Assembly: GCA_965215445.1 (NCBI GenBank)
Contig: CBDCDT010000002.1
Coordinates: 1,253,260-1,317,259, forward strand
Direction of reading: 5' to 3'
Source of the DNA: Bacteriovoracaceae bacterium
GTDB lineage: Bacteria; Bdellovibrionota; Bacteriovoracia; Bacteriovoracales; Bacteriovoracaceae
Length of the DNA: 64,000 nucleotides
Each line of letters starts with the position of its first letter. Within the stretch, counting starts at the first letter, position 1. The notes below the pieces were generated by a model. That model did not search any database. It worked only from the letters and a program-made list of their open reading frames with translations, and was not told where the DNA came from. Position numbers and translations under genes: made by a program. Below are positions 51,035 to 59,808 of the stretch, piece after piece.

Positions 51035-51796
51035 ATGGAAAATGGAACCCCTAGGCCTTTTGAAAAGTTTCTGGGGATGCATACCAACAATGCCGATGAG
51101 AAGTTGGATGTTAGTGCCAATTGGAGTTTTGCCGGAACAACTCCCCAGCATTTCGACCAACACGTCGAAAAATCCATTCCCTTTTATAAGGAGGGACACG
51201 ATTTGGTCGCCAAATTGAGCGATTATTTTGTGCAGGAAACTTCCATTTGTTACGAATTGGGAACTTCGACCGGAACTTTGCTTTCCCTCCTGGCCGCGCG
51301 CCATCGGCACCGAACCCAGGTTCGTTGGGTGGGCATTGATTGCGTAGAGGCGATGGTTTCCAAAGCGCGTGAGAAGACTGCCTCTGAGTTTGAAAACGCC
51401 TCTTTTGTTCGCGATGACGTGAGCACTTTTCCCTATCAAAAATCCGATTTTATGGTGGCCTATTATTGTGTTCAGTTTATTTCCCCTTGCCAGAGGCAAG
51501 AACTCATCAGTCGCATTTACCAATCCCTCAACTGGGGTGGGGCCTTTGTCATGTTTGAAAAAGTGCGCGCTTCCGACGCTCGTTTTCAAGACTATATGAC
51601 CGGAATTTATACTGATTACAAACTCGACCAAGGCCATACGGCAGAAGAAATTGTCGCCAAGTCGAGAAGCCTCAAGCGGGTTTTGGAACCTTTTTCCACT
51701 CAGGGCAATCTCGATCTCTTTGAGCGCGCCGGATTTGTGGACGTTATGAGCGTGATGAAGTATGCCTGCTTTGAGGGATTTTTGGCCATCAAATAA
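51035..51796 (+). CDS. cmoA: Carboxy-S-adenosyl-L-methionine synthase CmoA
   Basis: FDQHVEKSIPFYKEGHDL, the SAM-binding YELGTSTG, VQFISPCQRQELISRIYQSLNWGGAFVMFEK, and the C-terminus CFEGFLAIK, as in CmoA. Confidence 0.85.
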   Translation: MENGTPRPFEKFLGMHTNNADEKLDVSANWSFAGTTPQHFDQHVEKSIPFYKEGHDLVAKLSDYFVQETSICYELGTSTGTLLSLLAARHRHRTQVRWVGIDCVEAMVSKAREKTASEFENASFVRDDVSTFPYQKSDFMVAYYCVQFISPCQRQELISRIYQSLNWGGAFVMFEKVRASDARFQDYMTGIYTDYKLDQGHTAEEIVAKSRSLKRVLEPFSTQGNLDLFERAGFVDVMSVMKYACFEGFLAIK

Positions 51797-52883
51797 TACG
51801 TTTATAATAAGGAGTGTCCCCCTCACTCCCCAAAACCTGAATGATTTCCACCACTCGCTTGGATTCAACATAAACGATTGTTTCGATCCCCTGGCAAATC
51901 AATTTTAAAACTTCGGGAAAACTCAGGCCCTTTTGGGGCGAATAAATTTGAAACAGCAAAGCGAGTCGTGTTAGAGCGTCGGCCGCAGAATTGGCGTGTA
52001 CACTGGCCATTAATCCCTTGTGTCCGGTGTTGCAGGCGAGCAGGAAGGGAACCACTTCACCAGAGCGGATTTCTCCGACGATGAGGCGGTCGGGTTTCAT
52101 GCGCAAGGCATAGGCACAATATTGTTCCAGTGATTTTTCTTTGCCATCTCCTGCCAGCAAATGGGTGGTGCTCTGGTCGTTGTCAAAGAGTTCGTGGGTA
52201 TCTTCCAAAATAATGACGTGTTCGGAAGGGCAAATGGATTTTGTGAGCAGATGCAAGAATGTGGTTTTCCCCGATCCGGTTGGCCCCACCAAGAGCATAT
52301 TTTTCTTTTGTTTCAAACTTTCCTCAAAAAACGAGGCGGTTTGTTCTTCAATGCCAAAATCTTGCAGGGAAAAAACCTGGGGGCGCAAGGCCCGAAAAAA
52401 GGCCTTGGAATTTTTCGCTGGAGTGAGACAGGAGTGGCACAAGGTGACTCTGAAAGAACGATCGAATATTTTGGCCTGAAAACTGCAAAAAGGTCTGGCG
52501 TAATTCCAGCTTTGGTGGTGTCTTTGGGCAAAGATTTCCAAGGCCATTTGAAAGTCGTCTTCTCCCAGTTTTTCTATCTGGCCATATTCTCTGATCTTGG
52601 TTTGAATTTGAAAAATCTTTGGTGAGTGCAAAATGAGTTCTTGGAGTTCGGGATTTAGTAAGGGTTCTTTCAAGAATTTTAATTGGTAGATATTTTCCAG
52701 CCAATCCAAAACTTCATCGCCAAGGGCACAACGGGGAGGAAGGCCCATGTGTTCTAAAATGTGAGAGCAGAGCTTTTCCAAGCCCACGTCTTCTCCGCGT
52801 TTGACTGCATCTAAAAAGTACTCTCTGGCCTTTTGCATGACCGGTCTTCGCCAGGACTCAAAATCGTAGATGACTTCAGTCAT
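51789..52883 (-). CDS. Tad/Flp pilus secretion ATPase (CpaF/TadA, VirB11 superfamily)
   Basis: Walker A LVGPTGSGKTT, IILEDTHEL, Walker B-region DRLIVGEIRSGE, and the His-box NTGHKGLMASVHANS. It overlaps the secretin stop by 8 nt. Confidence 0.85.
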   Translation of the reverse strand: MTEVIYDFESWRRPVMQKAREYFLDAVKRGEDVGLEKLCSHILEHMGLPPRCALGDEVLDWLENIYQLKFLKEPLLNPELQELILHSPKIFQIQTKIREYGQIEKLGEDDFQMALEIFAQRHHQSWNYARPFCSFQAKIFDRSFRVTLCHSCLTPAKNSKAFFRALRPQVFSLQDFGIEEQTASFFEESLKQKKNMLLVGPTGSGKTTFLHLLTKSICPSEHVIILEDTHELFDNDQSTTHLLAGDGKEKSLEQYCAYALRMKPDRLIVGEIRSGEVVPFLLACNTGHKGLMASVHANSAADALTRLALLFQIYSPQKGLSFPEVLKLICQGIETIVYVESKRVVEIIQVLGSEGDTPYYKRII

Positions 52884-54381
52884 TCATTTTTTCCAGGGTG
52901 ACTATGGCCATGATTTTTTTATAGCTTTGTTGCTTTTGGCGGGAACGGAGTAAATTTTTAAGTATGGGGATTTTGGCAATAACTGGCAGTGCTGTGTAGT
53001 GATTATTTAAAGCACGGTAACCGATTTCAAACAATTTGAAGGGTTTTTGGGGTGTGACCAAAACTTGAGAGGACTTGCGGCCGCCGGAAATGGAACCTTC
53101 GGGAGAGGGATAGGTCAATTCCGCCTGATACTGCAATAAAACCTTATCTCCCTGATGGGCCGCTTCGAGTTCGATTTTGAGTCCGGCAAATCTCCAACCC
53201 AGAGTGATCTCTTCTTCTCTCTTGGATTGGAAAGGAATGTCTGAACCAATACTCACGCTTCCCTTCTTTCCCGGTCGAATCACCAGTTGGGGTTCGGCCA
53301 GTGTTGATGCGTGAGTGGATTGCTGATTGAACAAGGCCTGATTTTGTTTGATAAAAAATACCGGGCCACGGTCAAAAATATCTTCCAGACGCCCCTGAAG
53401 CAAGTCGAATCCCAGTTGAATGGAATCGCCTTCATGGTTTTCAAACTGAAAGAGTACCATTTTGACTTTGAATTGTTCCTGAGGATCGGCGGATAGGGAT
53501 GGCCAGCGCATCAGTGCCTTGGATTCCATTTGCCTTTTTAAATTTTCATCCAGTTTCAAGTGGGAGTAATGGGAACACTCCAAAAAAACGTCCTGAAAAT
53601 GGCAGTTGAGGTCTTCCCGATAGGATTTGAGGGCAATGTAGAAAACTTCGGCCTGAATTTTCTTTTTGAGTGTGGGGCTCAAGCGGAGCCGGCCGGTTTC
53701 CCACAGGGGAATAAAATTTTTCTGGGAAGTTTTGGCATGGGCGGCGTGAAAAAGTTTTTTGAAATTCAGATATTGAGCGTAGTCTTGAAGTTCGCCTTCG
53801 AGCTTGAGTTCTCCGGCGTGGTAGTGGGCCATAATTCCCAATGGGGAAAGCAATGGCCGCCACTTGGCCCACTTGAGTTGCTCGCGCTTGCCCACCACGA
53901 TGACCTGATACAGGACTGATGGGCCTTTTTTGGGCCAGATGAAAAGGTCGCTACTTCCCAGGCTCACTCCCTTGAGCACCAGAGAAGAGGGGCCATCCTT
54001 GGCCCAAACTCGTAAGACTTCCTTGTTTCCCACCGTATATTTTTTGATGTCGGGCAGGGTGATTTTTCTCACTTCCCCCCTGCCCAAAATGAGAGGTCGG
54101 CGCTCTGTTTCGGCCCAAACCGGGGTAAAAAGGCCATCAAAAAGGGCAAAAGACACCCACGGGACAATTTTGACGAACTGGCCAATTCGGGGTAAGACAG
54201 AGGGCAACCCATAAAATATGAAAGTAAGGAGTTGAAAAATGGTTTCCAGAACCCGCGTCACCCGCAATCGCCGGGCCAACAAAAAGACGAAATTGGGCAA
54301 AAAGAGAAAGGCGCAGAACAACAACAAGGGCAGCACCCCCAAATTTGCCATCCATCCCAATAAGTAGACCATCTGCATCAT
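52876..54381 (-). CDS. Secretin (CpaC/RcpA-like) with an unusual hydrophobic N-terminal extension
   Basis: The pilus N-domain pattern is LILGRGEVRKITLPDIKKYTVGNKEVLRV...LVLKGVSLGSSDLFIW. The secretin C-terminus is LPVIAKIPILKNLLRSRQ. The start at ATGATG 54381 overlaps the upstream stop (ATGA) after AAGGAG. Confidence 0.8.
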   Translation of the reverse strand: MMQMVYLLGWMANLGVLPLLLFCAFLFLPNFVFLLARRLRVTRVLETIFQLLTFIFYGLPSVLPRIGQFVKIVPWVSFALFDGLFTPVWAETERRPLILGRGEVRKITLPDIKKYTVGNKEVLRVWAKDGPSSLVLKGVSLGSSDLFIWPKKGPSVLYQVIVVGKREQLKWAKWRPLLSPLGIMAHYHAGELKLEGELQDYAQYLNFKKLFHAAHAKTSQKNFIPLWETGRLRLSPTLKKKIQAEVFYIALKSYREDLNCHFQDVFLECSHYSHLKLDENLKRQMESKALMRWPSLSADPQEQFKVKMVLFQFENHEGDSIQLGFDLLQGRLEDIFDRGPVFFIKQNQALFNQQSTHASTLAEPQLVIRPGKKGSVSIGSDIPFQSKREEEITLGWRFAGLKIELEAAHQGDKVLLQYQAELTYPSPEGSISGGRKSSQVLVTPQKPFKLFEIGYRALNNHYTALPVIAKIPILKNLLRSRQKQQSYKKIMAIVTLEKMND

Positions 54382-54695
54382 TTTGACTCCTTCTTTTGGG
54401 GAGTGGAATAAATGATTTTTCCTAGCGTTTTGCGCAAGATTTCGGGGCGGTTTTGTACCACTGCAAATTCCTGTTCGAGAAGGCAAATTTGCAGCAGAGG
54501 TTTGCCTTGAGGATGGCAGGGATTTTGCATTTTTTTCCAGGTCAAATATTTTGCGGGAACCTTTAAATCTTCAATGATGATTTTTTCAACCTTTTCTTTA
54601 AAGGCAGAGTTTTTCTCATAAGTTATCAAGACAAGCTCGCGGGAGTGGCCATAAAATGTCCACCAACACGCCAGCAAGCTAAAAATCCACTTCAT
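54378..54695 (-). CDS. Small secreted protein in the Tad operon
   Basis: Signal-like MKWIFSLLACWWTFYGHS. It is translationally coupled to the secretin. Confidence 0.45.
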   Translation of the reverse strand: MKWIFSLLACWWTFYGHSRELVLITYEKNSAFKEKVEKIIIEDLKVPAKYLTWKKMQNPCHPQGKPLLQICLLEQEFAVVQNRPEILRKTLGKIIYSTPQKKESK

Positions 54696-55173
54696 AAATG
54701 GGCCTCCTTTTTTGAAGTAATGGATTGTTTTTTCGGGAGTGGTCGCGGGGAGTAACCACGATGCCTGATTTTTGCCATTTCAAAATTTTGGGAAGTCTAA
54801 AGTCAGCTATTTCCAAAGAAATGGCCTGTGTTTCTCCATCTGGATAAGTGCCCCCTACGTCGTGAAGATAGGCATGGGATAAAAAATCTCCGCTCTCGCT
54901 AAAAAGAGAGACTGGACTTTTTCCCGAAACAAAATGTTTTAAAAGGGACTTGCCTTGTACTTGGATTAAAACGTATCCCTTTTGCACTACGGGAAGAGCA
55001 TGGTGCTTTGATTGCGTGGGAAAAAAGAGCAGAAAACTCAATCCGTGAGATGCCAAAAGGGCGATGAGGAGGCGAAAGATTTCTCTTCGACGCCACTCTT
55101 TTTTGAGTTCTTGTGGGGAAACCCAGTCGATCTTTTCCGCTGATTTATCTAATTCCGTTCCATTCCGATTCAA
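54679..55173 (-). CDS. Membrane-anchored Tad operon protein (in the position of CpaB/RcpC; unverified)
   Basis: N-terminal TM segment IFRLLIALLASHGLSFLLFF, 164 aa. It overlaps both neighbouring genes. Confidence 0.45.
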   Translation of the reverse strand: MNRNGTELDKSAEKIDWVSPQELKKEWRRREIFRLLIALLASHGLSFLLFFPTQSKHHALPVVQKGYVLIQVQGKSLLKHFVSGKSPVSLFSESGDFLSHAYLHDVGGTYPDGETQAISLEIADFRLPKILKWQKSGIVVTPRDHSRKNNPLLQKRRPIYEVDF

Positions 55174-55417
55174 ATTTGCTTACCTCCTTTTGGATGCGTT
55201 GGTGGGATTTTGCAAGGCCTTGCATGGTGAAAACAAAGAGTGAAAAAAAGACTCCGCTCCAAATTAATGCCTCCACCAAAACACTGCCGCGAGTCTCGAA
55301 AGCTTTCTTTCTCGGTAATTTAAAACCGGATAAGAGGCCACCCATTGAGAAGAGCGAAAGCGTGCCTCCAGTTGAAAAGGGTAGAGACTTTGTTTTCTTG
55401 TGACGATAACTTTCCAT
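55145..55417 (-). CDS. Possible TadE-like pseudopilin (start uncertain)
   Basis: It contains RGSVLVEALIWSGVFFSLFVF, which resembles the TadE N-terminal motif. The 5' part overlaps the upstream ORF out of frame. Confidence 0.35.
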   Translation of the reverse strand: MESYRHKKTKSLPFSTGGTLSLFSMGGLLSGFKLPRKKAFETRGSVLVEALIWSGVFFSLFVFTMQGLAKSHQRIQKEVSKFESEWNGIR

Positions 55418-55794
55418 ACCTTCTCCTTGAAACGGGCCAGGCCCACGATGTTGCGTTTGATTTTGATTCCAAAGGGAGACCTAAAAGGCCCCCAGGAACA
55501 CCCTTTGGTGGGGAAAAAATAGTGCTTGTTGAGCAGAGATTGCATGCTTTGTGCTCCCTTGACCATCGCTTTGCCCGCAGCATAGGTTTTGGGTGTCAAC
55601 ATCAAAAGGCGTCCCGCTTTGATGGCCCGGTTAAGCTGCACGACTCTTTTAATAAGCTTGAATTGTTTAAAAACCTGCCGCTTAAAACACAAATATGTTT
55701 TGGCCCTGTTTTTCACCTCCCACTCGGTGAGTTTTTGCAATTGCAAAAGAAAAGTAATCATCATCACCAAGAGAAAGGCCCAAAATAAACTCAT
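55264..55794 (-). CDS. Membrane-anchored Tad operon protein
   Basis: Start moved to ATG 55794 (GGGAG upstream), giving MSLFWAFLLVMMITFLLQL. No motif. Confidence 0.4.
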   Translation of the reverse strand: MSLFWAFLLVMMITFLLQLQKLTEWEVKNRAKTYLCFKRQVFKQFKLIKRVVQLNRAIKAGRLLMLTPKTYAAGKAMVKGAQSMQSLLNKHYFFPTKGCSWGPFRSPFGIKIKRNIVGLARFKEKVWKVIVTRKQSLYPFQLEARFRSSQWVASYPVLNYRERKLSRLAAVFWWRH

Positions 55795-55816
55795 CACGCT
55801 TGCACTCCCGGAGGAA

Positions 55817-55978
55817 TTAGCGCAAATTGCGGGGCAGTTTTTGCAAAAGTTTTCGAGTCGATTTTTCAAATTGTTTCCTCTGTGTTTTCAGGCCTTTCCA
55901 CCCCCGCAACAAACCCTTTTCGATTTGAAAACAAGTGAGTGCGAGAGTGAATATGGCGATGATCCAAACGGGGTTCAT
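55817..55978 (-). CDS. 53-aa single-TM protein immediately after flp (below the ORF-track cutoff)
   Basis: The ATG lies 2 nt after the flp stop. The sequence is MNPVWIIAIFTLALTCFQIEKGLLRGWKGLKTQRKQFEKSTRKLLQKLPRNLR. Confidence 0.35.
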   Translation of the reverse strand: MNPVWIIAIFTLALTCFQIEKGLLRGWKGLKTQRKQFEKSTRKLLQKLPRNLR

Positions 55979-55980
55979 GC

Positions 55981-56172
55981 CTACCTGAGATTGATGTGCC
56001 TTTCAATCTGCGCATTCATGTTTCTAATGCGCGTTTTGAGGCGTTCTCCAAACTGCTTGATGCCGACGAGGCAAAAAATGCCAATCAAGCTGGTGAGGAT
56101 GACGTACTCCAGGACGGACTGGCCGTTTTTGTCACTCAAAGCGGCCCTTAAAAAATTTTGACGAGTTTTCAC
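55981..56172 (-). CDS. flp: Flp-family type IVb prepilin
   Basis: 63 aa. The Flp motif G/QSVLEYVILTSLIGIF (G-X4-EY followed by a hydrophobic helix) is present. Confidence 0.85.
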   Translation of the reverse strand: MKTRQNFLRAALSDKNGQSVLEYVILTSLIGIFCLVGIKQFGERLKTRIRNMNAQIERHINLR

Positions 56173-56352
56173 GGTATCTCCCTTGTTTTTGGCAAATTTT
56201 CGTCAGGGAGGATTATGCAAGTGGAAAAAGAGAAAAGTTGAGACAAAATTTTACTTATTTCATTTTTGAACAAAATCGGAGCTATGCGTCTTAATTTATG
56301 CTATTCTTAGAAATGTTTTGCATCGCTTGCAAAGCGGCCTTAAAATGGCACT

Positions 56353-57033
56353 ATGAACGAAAAAACAAAGCTTTACATCTTCACCAAGCTCGAAATGGCC
56401 CTCATCTTTCTTTTTACTCTCATCATCGCCACCATTTCTTTTACTTTTGGCGTTAGACTCGGTAGGTCTTATTCTTTCCAATACGCCGATTTGTCTCCTG
56501 CAGATCAGCAACAAATTGAACTTTTGTCCGGGCAAGAGGAAAAAATTAACGAATTGGTCGAAAATCAAAATGAGATCAACGACGAAAACGTGATTAAAAT
56601 GGATGAGATTAACCGGCAATTAGAGGAAAAAATTAAGGCCGAACTTTCTGCTAATTCGGCCCAGGTCGTGGCCCAAGTACCTTCTGAGGTTGAAGTTCTT
56701 GACGAAGCGCCGAGTGCCAGTGCTCCCGAACCCGCCCCTTCCGAACCAGAAGCTACTGAAAATGTTCAAGGACGAGAAAATAAAAGTTATTTAGGAAAAC
56801 ACACAGTGCAACTCAGTTCTCACCGCAGCAGGGCGGAGGCGGAGGCCTTCGCCGAAGGTTTTAAAGTGCGGGGTTACGATCCCATTATTCACCCGGTCGA
56901 GCTTCCCGATCGGGGAGTCTGGTACCGAGTCTGCATCGGTGTTTTTGACAGCGTCAGCGAGGCCAAGGAATTTGTCAAAAGGGAGCGCACTCTCTTTCAG
57001 GGACAAGACCACACTTTCGCCCGCTTTGAATAA
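56353..57033 (+). CDS. SPOR-domain (peptidoglycan-binding) membrane protein
   Basis: N-terminal TM, a coiled or low-complexity linker, and the C-terminal SPOR pattern HTVQLSSHRSRAEAEAFAEGFKVRGYDPIIHPVELPDRGVWYRVCIGVFDSVSEAKEF. Confidence 0.8.
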   Translation: MNEKTKLYIFTKLEMALIFLFTLIIATISFTFGVRLGRSYSFQYADLSPADQQQIELLSGQEEKINELVENQNEINDENVIKMDEINRQLEEKIKAELSANSAQVVAQVPSEVEVLDEAPSASAPEPAPSEPEATENVQGRENKSYLGKHTVQLSSHRSRAEAEAFAEGFKVRGYDPIIHPVELPDRGVWYRVCIGVFDSVSEAKEFVKRERTLFQGQDHTFARFE

Positions 57034-57060
57034 TTGGCCCAATTGCTTATACTGGCCGGT

Positions 57061-58149
57061 ATGACCAGCGGCCCACATTCAAACCTTTATGCCCTGATTA
57101 TGGCCGGAGGCCAGGGAACCCGTTTTTGGCCGGGTTCGACTTCTGCCAGGCCCAAGCAGTATCTCAATCTTGTCTCCAAGCATTCTCTTTTATACGAAAC
57201 ACTGGTGCGCTTTGAAGGCCTTGTTCCCTCGCAAAGAAGATATGTTGTGACCCTCAAAGATCAGGCCGAGCTTGCCCGCCAGTGTGTCCAAACGGCCATG
57301 AACGATAAGGGAATGATTTTTGAACCCTCGGGACGCAATACTGCTGCCTGCATTTTGTTGGGCCTTTGTTCTCTCCTGCAAAGAGGTGCTGGCCTCGAAG
57401 ACGTGGTGGTGGCCACGCCCAGCGATCACGTCGTTTGCGACCAAAAGTCTTTTTGCGATACTGTCAAACGCGCCAGCGAAGTAGCGCTTTCTTCCCATAA
57501 AATAGTAACCATTGGTATTCCTCCCACCCATGCGCACACCGGTTTTGGATATATTCGCCGTGGTGAAGAATTGGCCAAGGGAGTTTACAATGCTTTTCGC
57601 TTTGTAGAAAAACCCAATTTGGAAACCGCCAAATCCTATTTGGCCTCTGGGGAGTATTATTGGAATGCAGGCCTTTTTATCAGCACCATCAAAACCTGGT
57701 TTCGCGAGTTTGAAGAACACGCCCCCGAAGTTTATCAATATAAAGAAAAACTTTGCGAGTGTGAAAACGATTTTGAAAAACTTTCACACGTCTACAATCA
57801 AATTCCGATAGACTCGATAGATTATGCCGTCATGGAAAAATCCCGCGAGGTAGCGCTCATTCCCGCCGCATTTGACTGGAGTGATCTCGGTTCGTGGGAT
57901 GCTCTCGAAGGACTGTGCGAGAGCAGAGAGGACAATACCGTAGTTGATTGTCGCGATGTCTATTCTTCGGATGCCAGGAACAATATTGTTTACGCTCCAG
58001 AGCGTTTTGTTTCTCTGATTGGTGTCGAAAACCTCATTGTTGTGGCAAACGGGAATAGTGTGATGGTCTTGCCCAAATCCAGAGCACAGGAGATTAAGGG
58101 TGTGGTGGAATTTCTCAAATCCCGCAAGCATCTCCATGACTTGCTATGA
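57061..58149 (+). CDS. Mannose-1-phosphate guanylyltransferase (ManC/CpsB-like)
   Basis: ALIMAGGQGTRFWPGS, ...ATPSDH..., TIGIPPTHAHTGFGYI, YYWNAGLF, and DWSDLGSWDAL. The start is taken at ATG 57061. Confidence 0.85.
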   Translation: MTSGPHSNLYALIMAGGQGTRFWPGSTSARPKQYLNLVSKHSLLYETLVRFEGLVPSQRRYVVTLKDQAELARQCVQTAMNDKGMIFEPSGRNTAACILLGLCSLLQRGAGLEDVVVATPSDHVVCDQKSFCDTVKRASEVALSSHKIVTIGIPPTHAHTGFGYIRRGEELAKGVYNAFRFVEKPNLETAKSYLASGEYYWNAGLFISTIKTWFREFEEHAPEVYQYKEKLCECENDFEKLSHVYNQIPIDSIDYAVMEKSREVALIPAAFDWSDLGSWDALEGLCESREDNTVVDCRDVYSSDARNNIVYAPERFVSLIGVENLIVVANGNSVMVLPKSRAQEIKGVVEFLKSRKHLHDLL

Positions 58150-59246
58150 ACGAACACTCCAAAACGATCATTTTTTGTGGTGGCGGATCGGGTGGACACG
58201 TCATTCCCGCCCTGACTGTCATTCGCAAAATTGAGCGAGAGCATCCTTGGAAGGTGGCCTATATTGGTGCTTACGCCGGTATAGAAAGAAAGCTGGTCGA
58301 AGCGCGAAATCTCCCCTATTACCCCATTTCCACCGGAAAACTGCGCCGCTACTGGAGTTGGCAAAACTTTGCCGACATTTTTAGAATTTTAAGAGGCCTT
58401 TTGCAATCTTTTATTTTACTTGCCTCCTATTCCAAAAACGATTGTTTGATTTTTTCTTTTGGTGGCTTTGTCTCCGTTCCAGTCGTTTTGGCCGCCTGGT
58501 TGCAAGGTAAAAGCATTTATCTCCACGAGCAAACCACTCGTGCAGGTCTGGCCAATAAAATCAGTTCACAGTTTGCCCACAAGGTTTTTTTAAGTTTTGA
58601 AGATTCACTTTCTTATTTTCCCGCACATAAATCTGTCTATACGGGTTATCCCGTGCGCGAGGAATGTTTTTCCAAGTCTCTCAATCCTGTAAGTGTCGGG
58701 GGCAAAACTTTTGATTTTCAAGGAAAAGACTTGTTGTTTGTCACTGGTGGTGCTAACGGCTCTTTGCTCCTCAATACAATGATAAAAAATAATCTTTCTG
58801 TACTCAAAGAGAAGTTCCAAATTCTCCACCAAGTCGGGAAAAAATTCATTCAGGAATACCAAAAACTCAACGATGATCTCTACACGGCCGTCGATTTTAT
58901 AGGTGAAGGCATGGTCGATCTTTTTAAAGGGGCCAAAGTTGTGGTTGGCCGTTCGGGTGCGGGAACTGTGGCCGAACTTTTGGCCTGCCAGAAGCCCAGT
59001 TTGTTCATTCCCCTAAAAATTTCTCAAAAAAATGAACAATTCCACAACGCTTGCCAGGCCCAAAAAAAGTTGGGAAGTTTGATTTTGGAAGAAGACTATT
59101 TAAACGATGAAAACTTTTTGAGTGCCATTGAAACCTTGAGAACAAAAAGCACTGTCGAGCAAAAACAAGCAAGTCTCAAAGATGGCCTTGGATCAATTGT
59201 CGCCGAGCTTTCTCGTGCCAAAGCTTTGCGGGAGAAAACTTCTTGA
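58146..59246 (+). CDS. murG: MurG-family (GT28) UDP-GlcNAc transferase
   Basis: IFCGGGSGGHVIPAL, GGFVSVPVVLAAWLQGKSIYLHEQTTRAGLANK, and the C-terminal GRSGAGTVAELLACQKPSLFIP. It lies outside any dcw context in this window. Confidence 0.8.
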   Translation: MNEHSKTIIFCGGGSGGHVIPALTVIRKIEREHPWKVAYIGAYAGIERKLVEARNLPYYPISTGKLRRYWSWQNFADIFRILRGLLQSFILLASYSKNDCLIFSFGGFVSVPVVLAAWLQGKSIYLHEQTTRAGLANKISSQFAHKVFLSFEDSLSYFPAHKSVYTGYPVREECFSKSLNPVSVGGKTFDFQGKDLLFVTGGANGSLLLNTMIKNNLSVLKEKFQILHQVGKKFIQEYQKLNDDLYTAVDFIGEGMVDLFKGAKVVVGRSGAGTVAELLACQKPSLFIPLKISQKNEQFHNACQAQKKLGSLILEEDYLNDENFLSAIETLRTKSTVEQKQASLKDGLGSIVAELSRAKALREKTS

Positions 59247-59596
59247 ACGTCAAAAAATGGCAGGCCAAAATCCGTAACTTCGTCCATGAAAGAGACTGGG
59301 AGCAGTTCCACAGTCCCAAAAATCTGGCCATGGCCCTCAACGTGGAGGCGGCGGAGTTGATGGAAATTTTTCAATGGATGAAGGAAAGCGACTCCCGCCA
59401 TATCCAGAGCAGGGAAGTGCAAACCCAAATTGAAGATGAGGTGGCGGACGTGGCAATTTACCTGCTGCGTTTGTGCGACCTGCTAGGAGTGGACTTAAAC
59501 GCCGCTATGGAAAATAAAATACAAAAAAACGCTGCCAAATACCCGGCCGAGAAAGTGCGCGGAAATTCGCGCAAATACAACGAATATAAAAGCTAA
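59243..59596 (+). CDS. MazG-like nucleotide pyrophosphohydrolase (dCTPase-like)
   Basis: FVHERDWEQFHSPKNLAMALNVEAAELMEIFQW...EVADVAIYLLRL is the EExxE/ExxD all-alpha NTP-PPase pattern. Confidence 0.8.
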   Translation: MNVKKWQAKIRNFVHERDWEQFHSPKNLAMALNVEAAELMEIFQWMKESDSRHIQSREVQTQIEDEVADVAIYLLRLCDLLGVDLNAAMENKIQKNAAKYPAEKVRGNSRKYNEYKS

Positions 59597-59634
59597 GTCA
59601 TTGAAATTGCAAGATTATTGGCCAAAAAGAGAGT

Positions 59635-59778
59635 TTTTCTACAACTTTTTGTCAAATTTATTGTAAAAATAAAAACTCAAAGTACTAAAATTGTTGTAAT
59701 TATAAACTATTGAATTTATTAAATTTTTTAATAAAATTGTAGTTTTCTACAACTTTTAAGTAAAAAAATTGTAGAAAA
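59635..59778. promoter_or_regulatory. Repeated TTTTCTACAA(C/T)TTTT motif (3 copies, one inverted) in the AT-rich leader of fic
   Basis: 59635-59649 (+), 59743-59757 (+, forming the palindrome TTGTAG-TTTT-CTACAA at 59737-59752), and 59764-59778 (-). Confidence 0.6.
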
Positions 59779-59808
59779 TGCTCTATGATACTAAAATAGT
59801 AGGTTGTT

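Noticed and set aside
51002-51871. 289-aa minus-strand ORF competing with the plus-strand 51035-51796 ORF
   Set aside because: The plus-strand product has the full CmoA pattern (SAM-binding motif and the conserved C-terminus ...CFEGFLAIK). The minus-strand product has no recognisable features.
56173-56352. Sigma54 or other special promoter signals in the divergent flp / SPOR intergenic region (TGGCAAATTTTCGTCA, TTGCATCGCTTGCAA)
   Set aside because: Neither matches the -24/-12 consensus (the TTGC element is missing or the spacing is wrong). No call was made.
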